Positions 1-9,665 are shown, numbered from the stretch's first letter. The stretch is 64,000 nucleotides of DNA from an uncultured Clostridia bacterium (GCA_947366545.1 CANBAL010000005.1:16621-80620), one strand, 5' to 3'. A program made the numbers and translations. Notes: a model not told the origin generated them from the sequence alone.

Positions 1-2516
1 AGCATTTGGCTGTATTTATCAAACTGCCTGTAAAAGATAGAGATTTTTCTCTTGTTGCATGGACAACAACGCCTTGGACACTTTCTGCCAATGTTGCACT
101 GGCGGTTAATCCAGAGTTTAAATATGTGAAGGTGAATTTCCATGGCGAGAATATTGTGCTTGGCAAAGACAGGCTTAGCATTCTGAAAGAGAAAGTCGAA
201 ATTTTGGAAGAGTTTGACGGCGCTGACCTTGTTGGGCTTGAATATGAAACCTGCTTCCCAGAACTTAGTGAACAGAATTTTGTACATAAAATTGTTGCTT
301 GGGATGAGGTTGATAACAGCGAAGGTACCTGCGTTGTACATATCGCACCGGGTTGCGGTACTGAGGACTTTGAACTTGGTCAAAAACTAGGGCTGCCTGA
401 AATATGCCCAATTAATGAGCAAGGGGTGTTGCTTGATAACACTGGTTTTCTTGCCGGCAAAAAGACGGTGGATGTGCCTGAGATTGTTGTTGACAGACTT
501 AAAAAAGACGGCAAACTTTTGTATGCACATAAGTACAAGCATTCATATCCATATTGCTGGCGTTGTAAGACCGACCTTGTATATAAACTTATTTCTTCTT
601 GGTTTATCAAGATGGATGAAATCCGTCCGCTTGCATTAAAGGCAATCGAAGATGTAACATTTAAGCCAGATTATGCCAAGAAGCGTATGGCGGATTGGCT
701 TGCAAATATGGGGGACTGGAACATTTCAAGAAGTCGTTTCTACGGCCTGCCACTTCCATTCTACACATGCCCTAAATGTAACAAAGTGCATGTAATAGGC
801 TCACTTGAAGAGTTGAAACAAAGGGCGGTAGACCCAAGTCTTGTAGACAAAATGCCAAATCTTCATAGACCTTGGATAGATGAAATAAAAATAAAATGTG
901 ACTGCGGGGAAGTGCTTTCCCGTGTGCCTGAGGTTGGTGACGCTTGGCTAGACGCTGGTATCACACCTTTCTCAACCAAGAAATATTTTACTGATAAAAA
1001 ATTCTTTAAAGAAAACTTCCCAAGCCAGTATGTCTGCGAAATGATTGAACAGATTAAACTTTGGTTCTATTCGCTGCTTATTATGAGTGTTGTCCTTACT
1101 GGCAAGGCACCTTATGAAAAGGTGGTGACATATCAGTATGTTAAGGATGAGCATGGTGGAGAATTCCACAAGAGTGGCGGCAATTCGCTTGAGGCAGATA
1201 AAGTGGCAGATGAGGTTGGCGCGGATGTAATTAGGTATCTATATTGTGCGTCATCCCCAGCAAACGATATGAGGTTTGGCTATTCGCTTACCGATGAGGC
1301 AAGAAGAAAACTACTTGGCTTTTGGAATGTTTACACCTTCTTTAACACTTATGCTTGCATAGATAACCCTGATATTGCGGGCTTTACGCCAAAAGAAAAA
1401 GATTTAAAGTTTGCTGACAAGTGGATTATTGAAAGCGTAAACAAATTTATCAAAAATTGCGATGAATACTATGCCGATGATAAGAACTGGCTTGTTGTGC
1501 GCGATTTTGAGAAACTTGTTGATGATATTTCTAATTTCTATATTCGTTCAAACCGAAAGAGGTTCTGGAAGAGCGAAAATAAGCAAGATCAACTTACTGC
1601 ATACTGGTGCTTGTATTATGCAATAAAATCACTCATTCGTGTTATGACGCCAATTATACCTTTTGTTACCGAACATATCTGGCAAAACATGGTACGCGAA
1701 ATTGAAAAGAATGAAAAAGAATGTATAATGCTTGCAGGCTTCCCAACATCCATTTATGATAAAAAATTTGATGGAGTTATAGAAATTACTGAAATTGCAA
1801 GAAATGTAATGTCGACTGCACAACGCCTTCGTAATGAACACCAAATCAAGGTGAAACAACCTCTGCGCAAAATGTACATTGCTGGTGATAACGCTCAAAA
1901 GGTAATCGACGATATGGGCGAGGTCATCAAAGACGAACTCAACATAAAAGAACTTGAGGTTGTCACCGATGACGGCAAGTTTAATGATGAGTACCTTACT
2001 GTCAACTTCAAAAAGGCAGGCGCTGTGCTTAAAGGAGAGGTACAAAAACTTAAAACGCAGTTATCTATGTTATCTAATGAAGAGAATAAAGTTGTTATGG
2101 AAGGCTACTACGCGGGCAAAGTAAGTGTTGGCGAATTTAAGGACTTACCAAGCGACCTATTTAATCTGGAAAAGAAACCAAAAGAGGACTTTGTCATTGC
2201 GCACGAGAATGGAAATACTGTTGTGCTTGATATCAATCTTGACAGCGCACTTATTGAAGAGGGGCTTTACCGAGAATTTGTGAGAGGGCTTCAGGTTCTT
2301 CGTAAGGAAGCCGACTTTGCCATTGACGACAGGCTTTATGCTTATTTTGAAACTGGCGATGATGACCTTGCAAATATGCTGTTTAACTATATGCAAAAAA
2401 TCAAAGCGGAAGCACTTATCAAGCGTGCAATAGAAAAAATTGACAATCCAACGATTGAGAAAAACATTGAGGTTGGAAACAGTTTTATTATTACCAAACT
2501 TATAAAGGCGGATTAA
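1..2516 (+). CDS. ileS: Isoleucine--tRNA ligase, type 2 (eukaryote-like), 5' end outside window
   Basis: Editing motifs WTTTPWTL and VHIAPGCGTEDF, YKHSYPYCWRC, DWNISRSRFYG; C-terminal 'EGLYREFVRGLQVLRKEADF' typical of IleRS2; KMSKS position reads EFHKS. Confidence 0.95.
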   Translation, partial: HLAVFIKLPVKDRDFSLVAWTTTPWTLSANVALAVNPEFKYVKVNFHGENIVLGKDRLSILKEKVEILEEFDGADLVGLEYETCFPELSEQNFVHKIVAWDEVDNSEGTCVVHIAPGCGTEDFELGQKLGLPEICPINEQGVLLDNTGFLAGKKTVDVPEIVVDRLKKDGKLLYAHKYKHSYPYCWRCKTDLVYKLISSWFIKMDEIRPLALKAIEDVTFKPDYAKKRMADWLANMGDWNISRSRFYGLPLPFYTCPKCNKVHVIGSLEELKQRAVDPSLVDKMPNLHRPWIDEIKIKCDCGEVLSRVPEVGDAWLDAGITPFSTKKYFTDKKFFKENFPSQYVCEMIEQIKLWFYSLLIMSVVLTGKAPYEKVVTYQYVKDEHGGEFHKSGGNSLEADKVADEVGADVIRYLYCASSPANDMRFGYSLTDEARRKLLGFWNVYTFFNTYACIDNPDIAGFTPKEKDLKFADKWIIESVNKFIKNCDEYYADDKNWLVVRDFEKLVDDISNFYIRSNRKRFWKSENKQDQLTAYWCLYYAIKSLIRVMTPIIPFVTEHIWQNMVREIEKNEKECIMLAGFPTSIYDKKFDGVIEITEIARNVMSTAQRLRNEHQIKVKQPLRKMYIAGDNAQKVIDDMGEVIKDELNIKELEVVTDDGKFNDEYLTVNFKKAGAVLKGEVQKLKTQLSMLSNEENKVVMEGYYAGKVSVGEFKDLPSDLFNLEKKPKEDFVIAHENGNTVVLDINLDSALIEEGLYREFVRGLQVLRKEADFAIDDRLYAYFETGDDDLANMLFNYMQKIKAEALIKRAIEKIDNPTIEKNIEVGNSFIITKLIKAD

Positions 2517-2518
2517 GA

Positions 2519-3394
2519 ATGAAGATAGCAGATACATGGCAGGACTATAAAGTACTTGCCACCGGTGATGGCGAAAAGTTGGAAAGGTGGGGGAATGTCA
2601 CTTTGCTCCGCCCCGACCCACAAGCCATTTGGCACGCTCAAAAGGTTTTGTCTAAAACAAAGGGGCTTGACGCACATTACCTTCGTGAAAGTACGGGCGG
2701 CGGACACTGGGAATATAAAACCAAGGTGCCTACTCAGTGGACGGTATCTTGGCAGGGACTAAAATTTATCATTAAACCTATGGGATTTAAGCACACCGGA
2801 CTTTTCCCAGAGCAAGCGGTGAACTGGGCGGAAATGATGAAATTAATCAGAAATGCAAATCGCCCCATTAAAATACTAAACCTGTTTGCCTATACTGGCG
2901 GGGCGTCTGTGGCTTGTGCCAAAGTGGGTGCAAGTGTAACTCACATTGATGCCAGCAAAGGTATGGTGGAGCGTGCAAAAGAAAACGCACAAATAAATGG
3001 CATTTCAAACATTCGTTTTATTGTGGATGACTGCGAAAAGTTTATTGAAAGAGAACTTCGTCGTGGCAACACCTATGACGCAATTATTATGGACCCACCA
3101 AGTTACGGCAGAGGGCCAAACGGCGAGATGTGGAAACTGGAAGATAAACTTTTTGACTTTGTTTCACTTACTAAAAAAGTACTTTCTGATAATCCACTTT
3201 TTGTGCTTATAAATTCTTATACCACAGGCCTTCAAGCAAGCGTGCTTTCAAACATTCTTACCCTTGTTTTTGGCAAAGGGGGAATAGACGCTGACGAGGT
3301 TGGACTTCCCACTGAGGAAGGCATTGTCCTTCCATGTGGCGCAAGAGGACTTAAAATATTTAAATTGGAGGGAGAGAATGATAAATCCAGATAA
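2519..3394 (+). CDS. Class I SAM-dependent (rRNA-type, RlmI/RlmK-like) methyltransferase
   Basis: Motifs KHTGLFPEQ, LNLFAYTGG, IIMDPPSY. Confidence 0.85.
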   Translation: MKIADTWQDYKVLATGDGEKLERWGNVTLLRPDPQAIWHAQKVLSKTKGLDAHYLRESTGGGHWEYKTKVPTQWTVSWQGLKFIIKPMGFKHTGLFPEQAVNWAEMMKLIRNANRPIKILNLFAYTGGASVACAKVGASVTHIDASKGMVERAKENAQINGISNIRFIVDDCEKFIERELRRGNTYDAIIMDPPSYGRGPNGEMWKLEDKLFDFVSLTKKVLSDNPLFVLINSYTTGLQASVLSNILTLVFGKGGIDADEVGLPTEEGIVLPCGARGLKIFKLEGENDKSR

Positions 3395-3773
3395 TAAAAC
3401 AAACTTATTAAAAGAAGTAAAGTTAACAAAATATGTGAACCTAATTGAAAACAATCCTTGCCATATTGCAACTGTAAATCAAGACAATGCTCCAAATCTA
3501 TCTGTTGCTTCCGATATAAAAGTTTTAGATGATGAAACAATTTTAATATCTAATAATGAAATGATACACACACCAGATAATATTCTTTTAAACGATAATG
3601 TTGTTTTAACTTCGTTTAATGATAAGTGGGCAGGAGTAAGACTAACAGGAAAAGCAAGTTATCAAACTGGGGGGGGGTATTTTGACCTCTGTAATAAATT
3701 TTTTAAAAACGAAAAGACAACACCAAAGGGTGTAATGATTGTCAAAGTAAAACAAGTAGAGGGGATTGCTTAA
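3378..3773 (+). CDS. Pyridoxamine 5'-phosphate oxidase family (FMN-binding split barrel) protein
   Basis: IATVNQDNAPNLS, HTPDNILLNDNV, GVRLTGKA; start moved to ATG 3378 after the SD GGAGGG. Confidence 0.75.
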   Translation: MINPDNKTNLLKEVKLTKYVNLIENNPCHIATVNQDNAPNLSVASDIKVLDDETILISNNEMIHTPDNILLNDNVVLTSFNDKWAGVRLTGKASYQTGGGYFDLCNKFFKNEKTTPKGVMIVKVKQVEGIA

Positions 3774-3800
3774 AGATGCAATTCCATAGAAGGAATAAGA

Positions 3801-4499
3801 ATGGATAAATTAAATGTTTTGTATGAAGATAATCAGGTGATTGTGGTGGTGAAGCCACAGAATATGCCTTCGCAGGCTGACGAGAGCGGTGATATGGACC
3901 TATTAACCCTCGTTAAAGCGTATGTGAAAGAAAAATATAACAAGCAAGGCGAGGCCTTTATCGGCCTTGTGCATAGGTTGGATAGACCCACTGGCGGGAT
4001 TATGGTGTTTGCAAGAAACTCAAAATCAGCAAGCAGACTTTCCGCGCAACTTGCCTCTCACGAGATGAAAAAAACATATTATGCGGTAACGAACGGCGTG
4101 CCACAAATAAAGTCGGGTAGTCTTGTAAATTATCTTAAGAAGGATGAGAAAGAAAACATTGTTAAGATTGTCCCTCAGTCAGAGCAAGGCGTGAAGAAAG
4201 CCGAACTTAACTACAAAGTTTTGCAGTCAAATGAGAAAGACGCACTTGTTGAGGTGAACATTCTTACCGGTAGAAGTCACCAAATCCGTGTGCAATTTGC
4301 AGGAATTGGATGCCCACTTTTTGGCGATAATAAGTACGGCAAAGATAAAACCCGTGCAAGCCGTAATCTTGGACTTTGGGCAGGAAAACTTGAATTTACC
4401 CACCCAGTAAGCAAGCAAAAAATGTTTTTCGCTTGCCCTCCAGATTTAGCGAGCGAGCCATGGAATAAATACTATATGGAAAAATATTTTATTAGATAG
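3801..4499 (+). CDS. RluA-family pseudouridine synthase
   Basis: VHRLDRPTGG catalytic motif, TGRSHQIRVQ, GCPLFGDNKYG. Confidence 0.93.
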   Translation: MDKLNVLYEDNQVIVVVKPQNMPSQADESGDMDLLTLVKAYVKEKYNKQGEAFIGLVHRLDRPTGGIMVFARNSKSASRLSAQLASHEMKKTYYAVTNGVPQIKSGSLVNYLKKDEKENIVKIVPQSEQGVKKAELNYKVLQSNEKDALVEVNILTGRSHQIRVQFAGIGCPLFGDNKYGKDKTRASRNLGLWAGKLEFTHPVSKQKMFFACPPDLASEPWNKYYMEKYFIR

Positions 4500-4508
4500 G
4501 GGGCTTAA

Positions 4509-6272
4509 ATGAAAACAAGAAGTCAAATTCCAGACAAATACAAATGGGACTTATCATATTTTTGCAAGAGCGATGAAGAGTTTGAAGAAAAGTTTTCAAA
4601 GGCTGAAAAAATGCTGGAGAAAGGTGACAAATTCAAGGGCAAACTTAAAGACAAGAAAGAGCTTCTTGCCTTACTTAAATATGAAAGAGAGTTTGATGAA
4701 CTTGTAAGCCCTTTTGTTTTTTATTATCACAATGTACGGAATGTAGACTTGTCAAATTCTCAGGTTGCGGAAAAAGTGGCAAGATGCAACAACCTTCTTA
4801 CAAAATATAGTCAAAAGATGAGTTATGTGCATCCAGAAATGTCAAAGTTTAGTGATAAATATTTGGATGAACTTATTGCTGACCCAAAATTGAAAGATTA
4901 TGACTATTCCTTCCGCCAAATCAAGAAACACAAAAAGCACGCACTAAGTGAAAGCGATGCAAAACTGATGGCGGGAATAAACTTTGCGAACTTTGATGAT
5001 ATTTTTTCACTTTTCAGTGATGTTGGTTTGAAATATGAGGATGCTGTAGACAGCAAAGGTAAGAAGCATGAACTTACTGATGCCTCTCGCTCTATTTACA
5101 TGGAAAGTAAGGATGAGGTTTTAAGAAAATCTGCGTCACTTAACACACATAAAGCCTATGGGCAGTTTATAGACTTTTTAAGTGAGAACTATATCTGCGA
5201 GGTAAAGAAAGAGGTTTTTGGTGCAAGGGCAGCGAGGTATGACAGCACAATAGAGGACTATCTTGATGATGAAGACGTCAGCCGCAAAATATATGATATG
5301 CTGACAAAGAAGGTGAACGAAAACATTCCTCTTATCAACGAATTTTTCTCTTTGAAGAAGAAAAAACTTGGACTTAAAACCCTTCATAATTATGACTTGT
5401 TTGTACCTGTTGGCAAGGCGAGTGCGAAAAAGTATTCCTTTGAGGAAGGGCTTGAAACAATAAAAAAAGCACTTTCCGTGCTTGGCGAGGATTATGTAGA
5501 GGAACTTGATAACACCTTTAAGGAAAGACGAATAGACGCTTGTCCAAGTCAAAACAAACGCTCTGGTGCTTATGAAAACGCAATTTATGGCTATAGCCCA
5601 GTGGTGCTGACAAATTATGTAGGCAATCTATCCTCCGTGTCAACCTTGGCACATGAACTTGGTCATGCTATGCAGTCATATTATTCAAACAAGTGTCAGC
5701 CACGCGAAAAAGCAGGGTATCCTATCTTTTTGGCGGAGATTGCAAGCACAACAAATGAACTATTACTTTCAAACTATCTTTTATCGGCACTTCCTGAGAA
5801 AGAAAAGTTGAATATACTAGATGACTTACTTGCAGGAGTGCAGTCAACAATATTTAGACAGATGATGTTCTCCGAATTTGAAAAATATGCTATTGAAGAA
5901 ATTGAGGGTGATAGGACACTCGACAAAGATAAACTATGCGGAAAGTATTTTGAACTTTGTAAGAAGTATATGCCTCGCCTTAGCCTACTACCTGAACTTA
6001 GGTATGAATGGGCAAGGGTGCCACATTTCTTTATGGGATTTTATGTATACAAATATGCTATCGGTATGATTTGTGCATTGAACTTTTCAAGTCGAATACT
6101 TGCAGGGGAAGAGGGGATTATAGAAAAGTACAAGGGTTACCTCTCTGCTGGTGGTAGCAAAACGCCAAATGAGATTTTAAAGGATGCGGGTTGTGACCTT
6201 GAAGATGAGAAAACCTATGACCGCGCTTTTGAACTTGTAAAGAAATATATTAAGGATTATAAAAATTTATAA
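4509..6272 (+). CDS. pepF: Oligoendopeptidase F (M3B)
   Basis: N-terminal RSQIPDKYKWDL, KRSGAY, HELGH zinc motif, FLAEIAST, WARVPHF. Confidence 0.93.
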   Translation: MKTRSQIPDKYKWDLSYFCKSDEEFEEKFSKAEKMLEKGDKFKGKLKDKKELLALLKYEREFDELVSPFVFYYHNVRNVDLSNSQVAEKVARCNNLLTKYSQKMSYVHPEMSKFSDKYLDELIADPKLKDYDYSFRQIKKHKKHALSESDAKLMAGINFANFDDIFSLFSDVGLKYEDAVDSKGKKHELTDASRSIYMESKDEVLRKSASLNTHKAYGQFIDFLSENYICEVKKEVFGARAARYDSTIEDYLDDEDVSRKIYDMLTKKVNENIPLINEFFSLKKKKLGLKTLHNYDLFVPVGKASAKKYSFEEGLETIKKALSVLGEDYVEELDNTFKERRIDACPSQNKRSGAYENAIYGYSPVVLTNYVGNLSSVSTLAHELGHAMQSYYSNKCQPREKAGYPIFLAEIASTTNELLLSNYLLSALPEKEKLNILDDLLAGVQSTIFRQMMFSEFEKYAIEEIEGDRTLDKDKLCGKYFELCKKYMPRLSLLPELRYEWARVPHFFMGFYVYKYAIGMICALNFSSRILAGEEGIIEKYKGYLSAGGSKTPNEILKDAGCDLEDEKTYDRAFELVKKYIKDYKNL

Positions 6273-6294
6273 AAAAGAGGCTTAGCCTCTTTTT
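6271..6294. terminator. Bidirectional intrinsic terminator
   Basis: AAAAAAGAGGC-TTA-GCCTCTTTTT between convergent genes. Confidence 0.8.
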
Positions 6295-6298
6295 ATTT

Positions 6299-6502
6299 TT
6301 AATCTTCAAGTCCTGCCATATAACCAAGCGATACTTTAAAATACTTGGCAAGGGTAATAACTGCACCAAGTTTGGGTTCGCGTTTGTCAAGTTCCCAAAG
6401 TCCTATTGCTGATCTTGTAAGTCCAGTTTCTTGTTCTAATTGTGTTTGTGTTAAACCTTTTTCTTCTCTTAATTCTTTAAGTCTTTCGCTAAATTTGCTC
6501 AT
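6299..6502 (-). CDS. XRE-family HTH transcriptional regulator
   Basis: FSERLKELREEKGLTQTQL...AIGLWELDKREP...LAKYFKVSLGY; SD AAGGAGG. Confidence 0.92.
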   Translation of the reverse strand: MSKFSERLKELREEKGLTQTQLEQETGLTRSAIGLWELDKREPKLGAVITLAKYFKVSLGYMAGLED

Positions 6503-6526
6503 AAGTTTCCTCCTTTATAATATTTT

Positions 6527-6598
6527 ACTACAATTGTCGCATAAATACTTGACACGCGACAATTGTCGCGTTTATAATAATTGTGCGACAATTGTCGC
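6527..6598. promoter_or_regulatory. Three palindromic operators (GCGACAATTGTCGC) overlapping a consensus sigma-A promoter
   Basis: Copies at 6527-6540 (imperfect), 6556-6569 and 6585-6598; TTGACA 6549-6554 and TATAAT 6573-6578 flank the middle copy. Confidence 0.85.
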
Positions 6599-6615
6599 TG
6601 AGAGGAGGTGAAAAA

Positions 6616-6852
6616 ATGAACAATATAAGTAAAGTAATAGATATTCTATATCGGGCGTATGAAGAGAAGTATACGGGGAAAAGAGTGAAGGTGGAGGGAT
6701 TTAGCGAAAGTTATAAAAAGTTGTGTACTATGCTTAATCGTGAACAAAGAGAAGCTTTACAGGAATATGAAGGTTTTGATGTTGAATTACTGATTGAAAG
6801 TCAAAAACAAGTAATTCAAATTATGCTTGAACTCATGTGTCCAGAATATTAA
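6616..6852 (+). CDS. Small hypothetical protein divergent from the XRE regulator
   Basis: SD AGGAGGT before ATG 6616; 78 aa ORF; followed by a terminator. Confidence 0.7.
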   Translation: MNNISKVIDILYRAYEEKYTGKRVKVEGFSESYKKLCTMLNREQREALQEYEGFDVELLIESQKQVIQIMLELMCPEY

Positions 6853-6880
6853 AAAGACTGCCACTAAGGCAGTCTTTTTT
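6851..6880. terminator. Bidirectional intrinsic terminator
   Basis: AAAAAGACTGCC-ACTAA-GGCAGTCTTTTT. Confidence 0.8.
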
Positions 6881-7122
6881 TAGCAACAATTTTTTGCTAA
6901 CAGCATGCCAGCGAGGAAATACACCGCTGAGCATGGGATTTGAATATTGAGGTTTCCGCAATTTCCGCAAGTGGAGTTGCAAGGTGGGAAGGAAATAGGT
7001 GGAAATGGCATTGGTGGGAAAGGCGGAAAGAAAGGTGGGTTGTCACAACCACAGTGAGGGGGATTATGACAGCCACGAAGGTCGACAAAACAACCTTGTC
7101 GATAATGACAGTTATTACACAT
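6880..7122 (-). CDS. Small Cys/Pro-rich protein, possible spore coat/exosporium component
   Basis: SD AAGGAGG before ATG 7122; CHNPPHCGC, PPFFPPFPPMPFPP, CNSTCGNCG; function inferred from composition only. Confidence 0.6.
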   Translation of the reverse strand: MCNNCHYRQGCFVDLRGCHNPPHCGCDNPPFFPPFPPMPFPPISFPPCNSTCGNCGNLNIQIPCSAVYFLAGMLLAKNCC

Positions 7123-7171
7123 ATATGCCTCCTTTAGCATTTATTGTGGCTCCAGTTAATAAATTAGTAAT

Positions 7172-8173
7172 GTGAAAAAGTCTTTCCTTGCATTTTTAAT
7201 TACAATAGGTACTGTTATAGGGTCAGGGTTTTTGAGTGGTAAAGAAATAGTTGTCTTTTTTTCACGGTTTGGCAAGTTTTCTTACCTGTGTATAGTCCTT
7301 GCTTTTTTCTTGTTTTGGGGGCTTTTCTACTTTATGTTTAATGCAGGGGAAAAGGCACTTGAGCGGCTACAAAAATCCAAGTTATCTTCCTTTTTAAACA
7401 TTGCCATTTGTCTAACACTTTCCTCTGCCATGTTTGCAGGCTCTTTTGAAAGCGTAGCATTTGCAGGTAATTTTTTCGGATTTCTTATTATGGCAGTGGT
7501 GGTAGGAATTTGTTTTTATGTCACAAAGCACGGCCTTGGTGTACTTGAAAAGATTAATGTTATTCTTGTGCCTATAATGGTTGTAATAATTTTGCTTTGT
7601 GAAAGTCCACTATTAAACTTTAACAGCCTTTTAGACTATTCAAGTTCCATTAAGTATGCAGGACTTTTTTATTCTGTTTTCTATGTCCTGCTCAATGCCT
7701 CAAACTCGGGGGTGCTTCTTGCTCATCTTGGGGGAGGGCTTACAAAAAGACAAAAAGCACGAGTAAGTTTTTTCTCTGCACTCGTACTTTGTCTTATCTT
7801 GCTTCTCACAAACAGCGTACTACTTGCAAACAGCGGCGCGTTTGGTGAAGACATGCCTCTTCTTTCTCTATTTACAGGCTCGAAGAGGATTTTAATGCAA
7901 ATTGTCATCTTATTTGGCTGTGTTACCACACTTTTTTCACTTGTCTTTACACTTTCTCGCTCTCTTGGAGGGCGAATTAAAAGCGAGCTAGTGAAAGATA
8001 TAGTTTGTGTCGTTACACCTTTTGCCATAAGTTTTGTTGGCTTTGGCAGTATTGTGGCATATTTGTATCCTATTTCAAGCGTGCTTGGAGGGGCACTACT
8101 TTTTGATTTATTTTTGTTGCCGTCTCTCAAGCAGGCTTACAAGTCCATACATTCCCGCCGCAAGCAGACATAA
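7172..8173 (+). CDS. YkvI-like polytopic membrane protein
   Basis: IGTVIGSGFLSGKEIVVFF N-terminus, GFGSIVAYLYP C-terminus, ~10 hydrophobic segments. Confidence 0.8.
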   Translation: MKKSFLAFLITIGTVIGSGFLSGKEIVVFFSRFGKFSYLCIVLAFFLFWGLFYFMFNAGEKALERLQKSKLSSFLNIAICLTLSSAMFAGSFESVAFAGNFFGFLIMAVVVGICFYVTKHGLGVLEKINVILVPIMVVIILLCESPLLNFNSLLDYSSSIKYAGLFYSVFYVLLNASNSGVLLAHLGGGLTKRQKARVSFFSALVLCLILLLTNSVLLANSGAFGEDMPLLSLFTGSKRILMQIVILFGCVTTLFSLVFTLSRSLGGRIKSELVKDIVCVVTPFAISFVGFGSIVAYLYPISSVLGGALLFDLFLLPSLKQAYKSIHSRRKQT

Positions 8174-8911
8174 CAGGGCAATACTTGTCATTACAACATC
8201 AAGTTTTAGCATTTGACTGCCATAGTTTATAAGGTAGCCAAGTCCGGCTTTGCTTGAAAGGTATTCACCCATCACCGTGCCAACCCATGCCATTCCAACA
8301 TTGATTTTCAGTACTGAAATGAACTCGGGCAGGGCACTTGGCAGCACTAATTTTGTAAGTATCTGCCATTTGTTTGCTCGCATTGATTTCATGAGAAGCA
8401 TTTTATCTTGGTCACATGAAATGAATGCATTAAGCATGGAAATTATGGTTATGACAAGGCATATTAGTACGCACATGACAACAGTGGCCGAAGTGCCTGA
8501 GCCTACCCAGAAGATAATCATAGGGCCGAGTGCTATTTTTGGCAAACTGTTTAGTATGATAAGGTAGGGCTCCATAATACGCCGAAGTTTTTCACTCCAC
8601 CAAAGCATGATTGCAATGGCGACGCCAAGCACTATTGCGATGACGAAACCGATGATTGTTTCATACAAAGAGGTCCAGATATGAAGGAAAAGGTTTCCAT
8701 TCACGGCAAGGTCAGCAAGGGTTGTAGCAATTCTGGAAGGGCTTGAGAAGAAGAATGGGTCTATCGCGCCAGTAGCGGCAAGAAGTTCCCATAATCCTAA
8801 GAAAAGCACGAAAAGTGTTATTTGCCAAAAAATGACGATAATTTTATCTTTTCTCAGCCTTTTTAAGTATTTTTCATGGGCTTTTGATAGATTGTGTTGT
8901 TTCTTTTTCAT
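8108..8911 (-). CDS. ABC transporter permease (NitT/TauT/SsuC type)
   Basis: FFSSPS, LNSLPKIALGP, EAA-like loop, VMGEYLSSKAGLGYLI. Confidence 0.9.
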   Translation of the reverse strand: MKKKQHNLSKAHEKYLKRLRKDKIIVIFWQITLFVLFLGLWELLAATGAIDPFFFSSPSRIATTLADLAVNGNLFLHIWTSLYETIIGFVIAIVLGVAIAIMLWWSEKLRRIMEPYLIILNSLPKIALGPMIIFWVGSGTSATVVMCVLICLVITIISMLNAFISCDQDKMLLMKSMRANKWQILTKLVLPSALPEFISVLKINVGMAWVGTVMGEYLSSKAGLGYLINYGSQMLKLDVVMTSIALLCLLAAGMYGLVSLLERRQQK

Positions 8912-9665
8912 TGGTAAGATTTCTCCATATCATTTCAAAATGCTTGCCAAAATCTTTATCCTCGCGTTTTGCAAGCGGGGTGGAGCCGGAAAGGTCTAAA
9001 TCAACCACCTCTTTCACCGTGGCTGGACGGTAACTTAAAATGACAATTCTGTCTGATAAAGATATCGCTTCCGAGATGTCGTGTGTGACTAATAGTGCGG
9101 TTTTCTTTTCTTTCTTAATGATGTCGTATACATCATCGCAAACCTTTAATCTAGTCTGAAAGTCCAGTGCTGAAAACGGCTCGTCAAGAAGTAGTAAATT
9201 TGGCTCAAGAACGAGGGTGCGAATAAGTGCCACCCTTTGTCTCATACCTCCGCTTAGCGTGCGAGGTTTTTTATTTTTGAAGCCGTAGAGGTCGTATTTT
9301 TTTAAGAGTTCTTCTGCAAGGGCAATTTTTTTAGGGTCTTTATTTTTCTTTTGTACTTCCAGCCCAAGCATGATGTTTTGCCAGATGGTACGCCATTCAA
9401 AAAGATGATCGCGTTGGAACATATAGCCTATACGAGGGTCATTTTTTGCAATAGGTTTTCCCTGCAAATTTATCTGTCCGCTCGTTGCTTCAAGTAGTCC
9501 TGCGGTAAGGGACAGGATTGTTGTTTTTCCACAACCGCTTGGTCCAACTATGGAGGCAAATTGCAATTCATCTATTTCAAATGAAACATTATTAAGGGCA
9601 TGGATTTCATGCTCTTTTGTCTGATAAAAGTAGGTTACATCTTTAAACTCTAAAAATTTTTCCAT
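8874..9665 (-). CDS. ABC transporter ATP-binding protein (NitT/TauT type)
   Basis: GPSGCGKT, LSGGMRQR, LLLLDEPFSALD. Confidence 0.93.
   Translation of the reverse strand: MEKFLEFKDVTYFYQTKEHEIHALNNVSFEIDELQFASIVGPSGCGKTTILSLTAGLLEATSGQINLQGKPIAKNDPRIGYMFQRDHLFEWRTIWQNIMLGLEVQKKNKDPKKIALAEELLKKYDLYGFKNKKPRTLSGGMRQRVALIRTLVLEPNLLLLDEPFSALDFQTRLKVCDDVYDIIKKEKKTALLVTHDISEAISLSDRIVILSYRPATVKEVVDLDLSGSTPLAKREDKDFGKHFEMIWRNLTNEKETTQSIKSP

Noticed and set aside
6527-6598. Mini CRISPR array
   Set aside because: 14-bp palindromes with 15-bp gaps overlapping a promoter; too short and no cas genes; operators fit better
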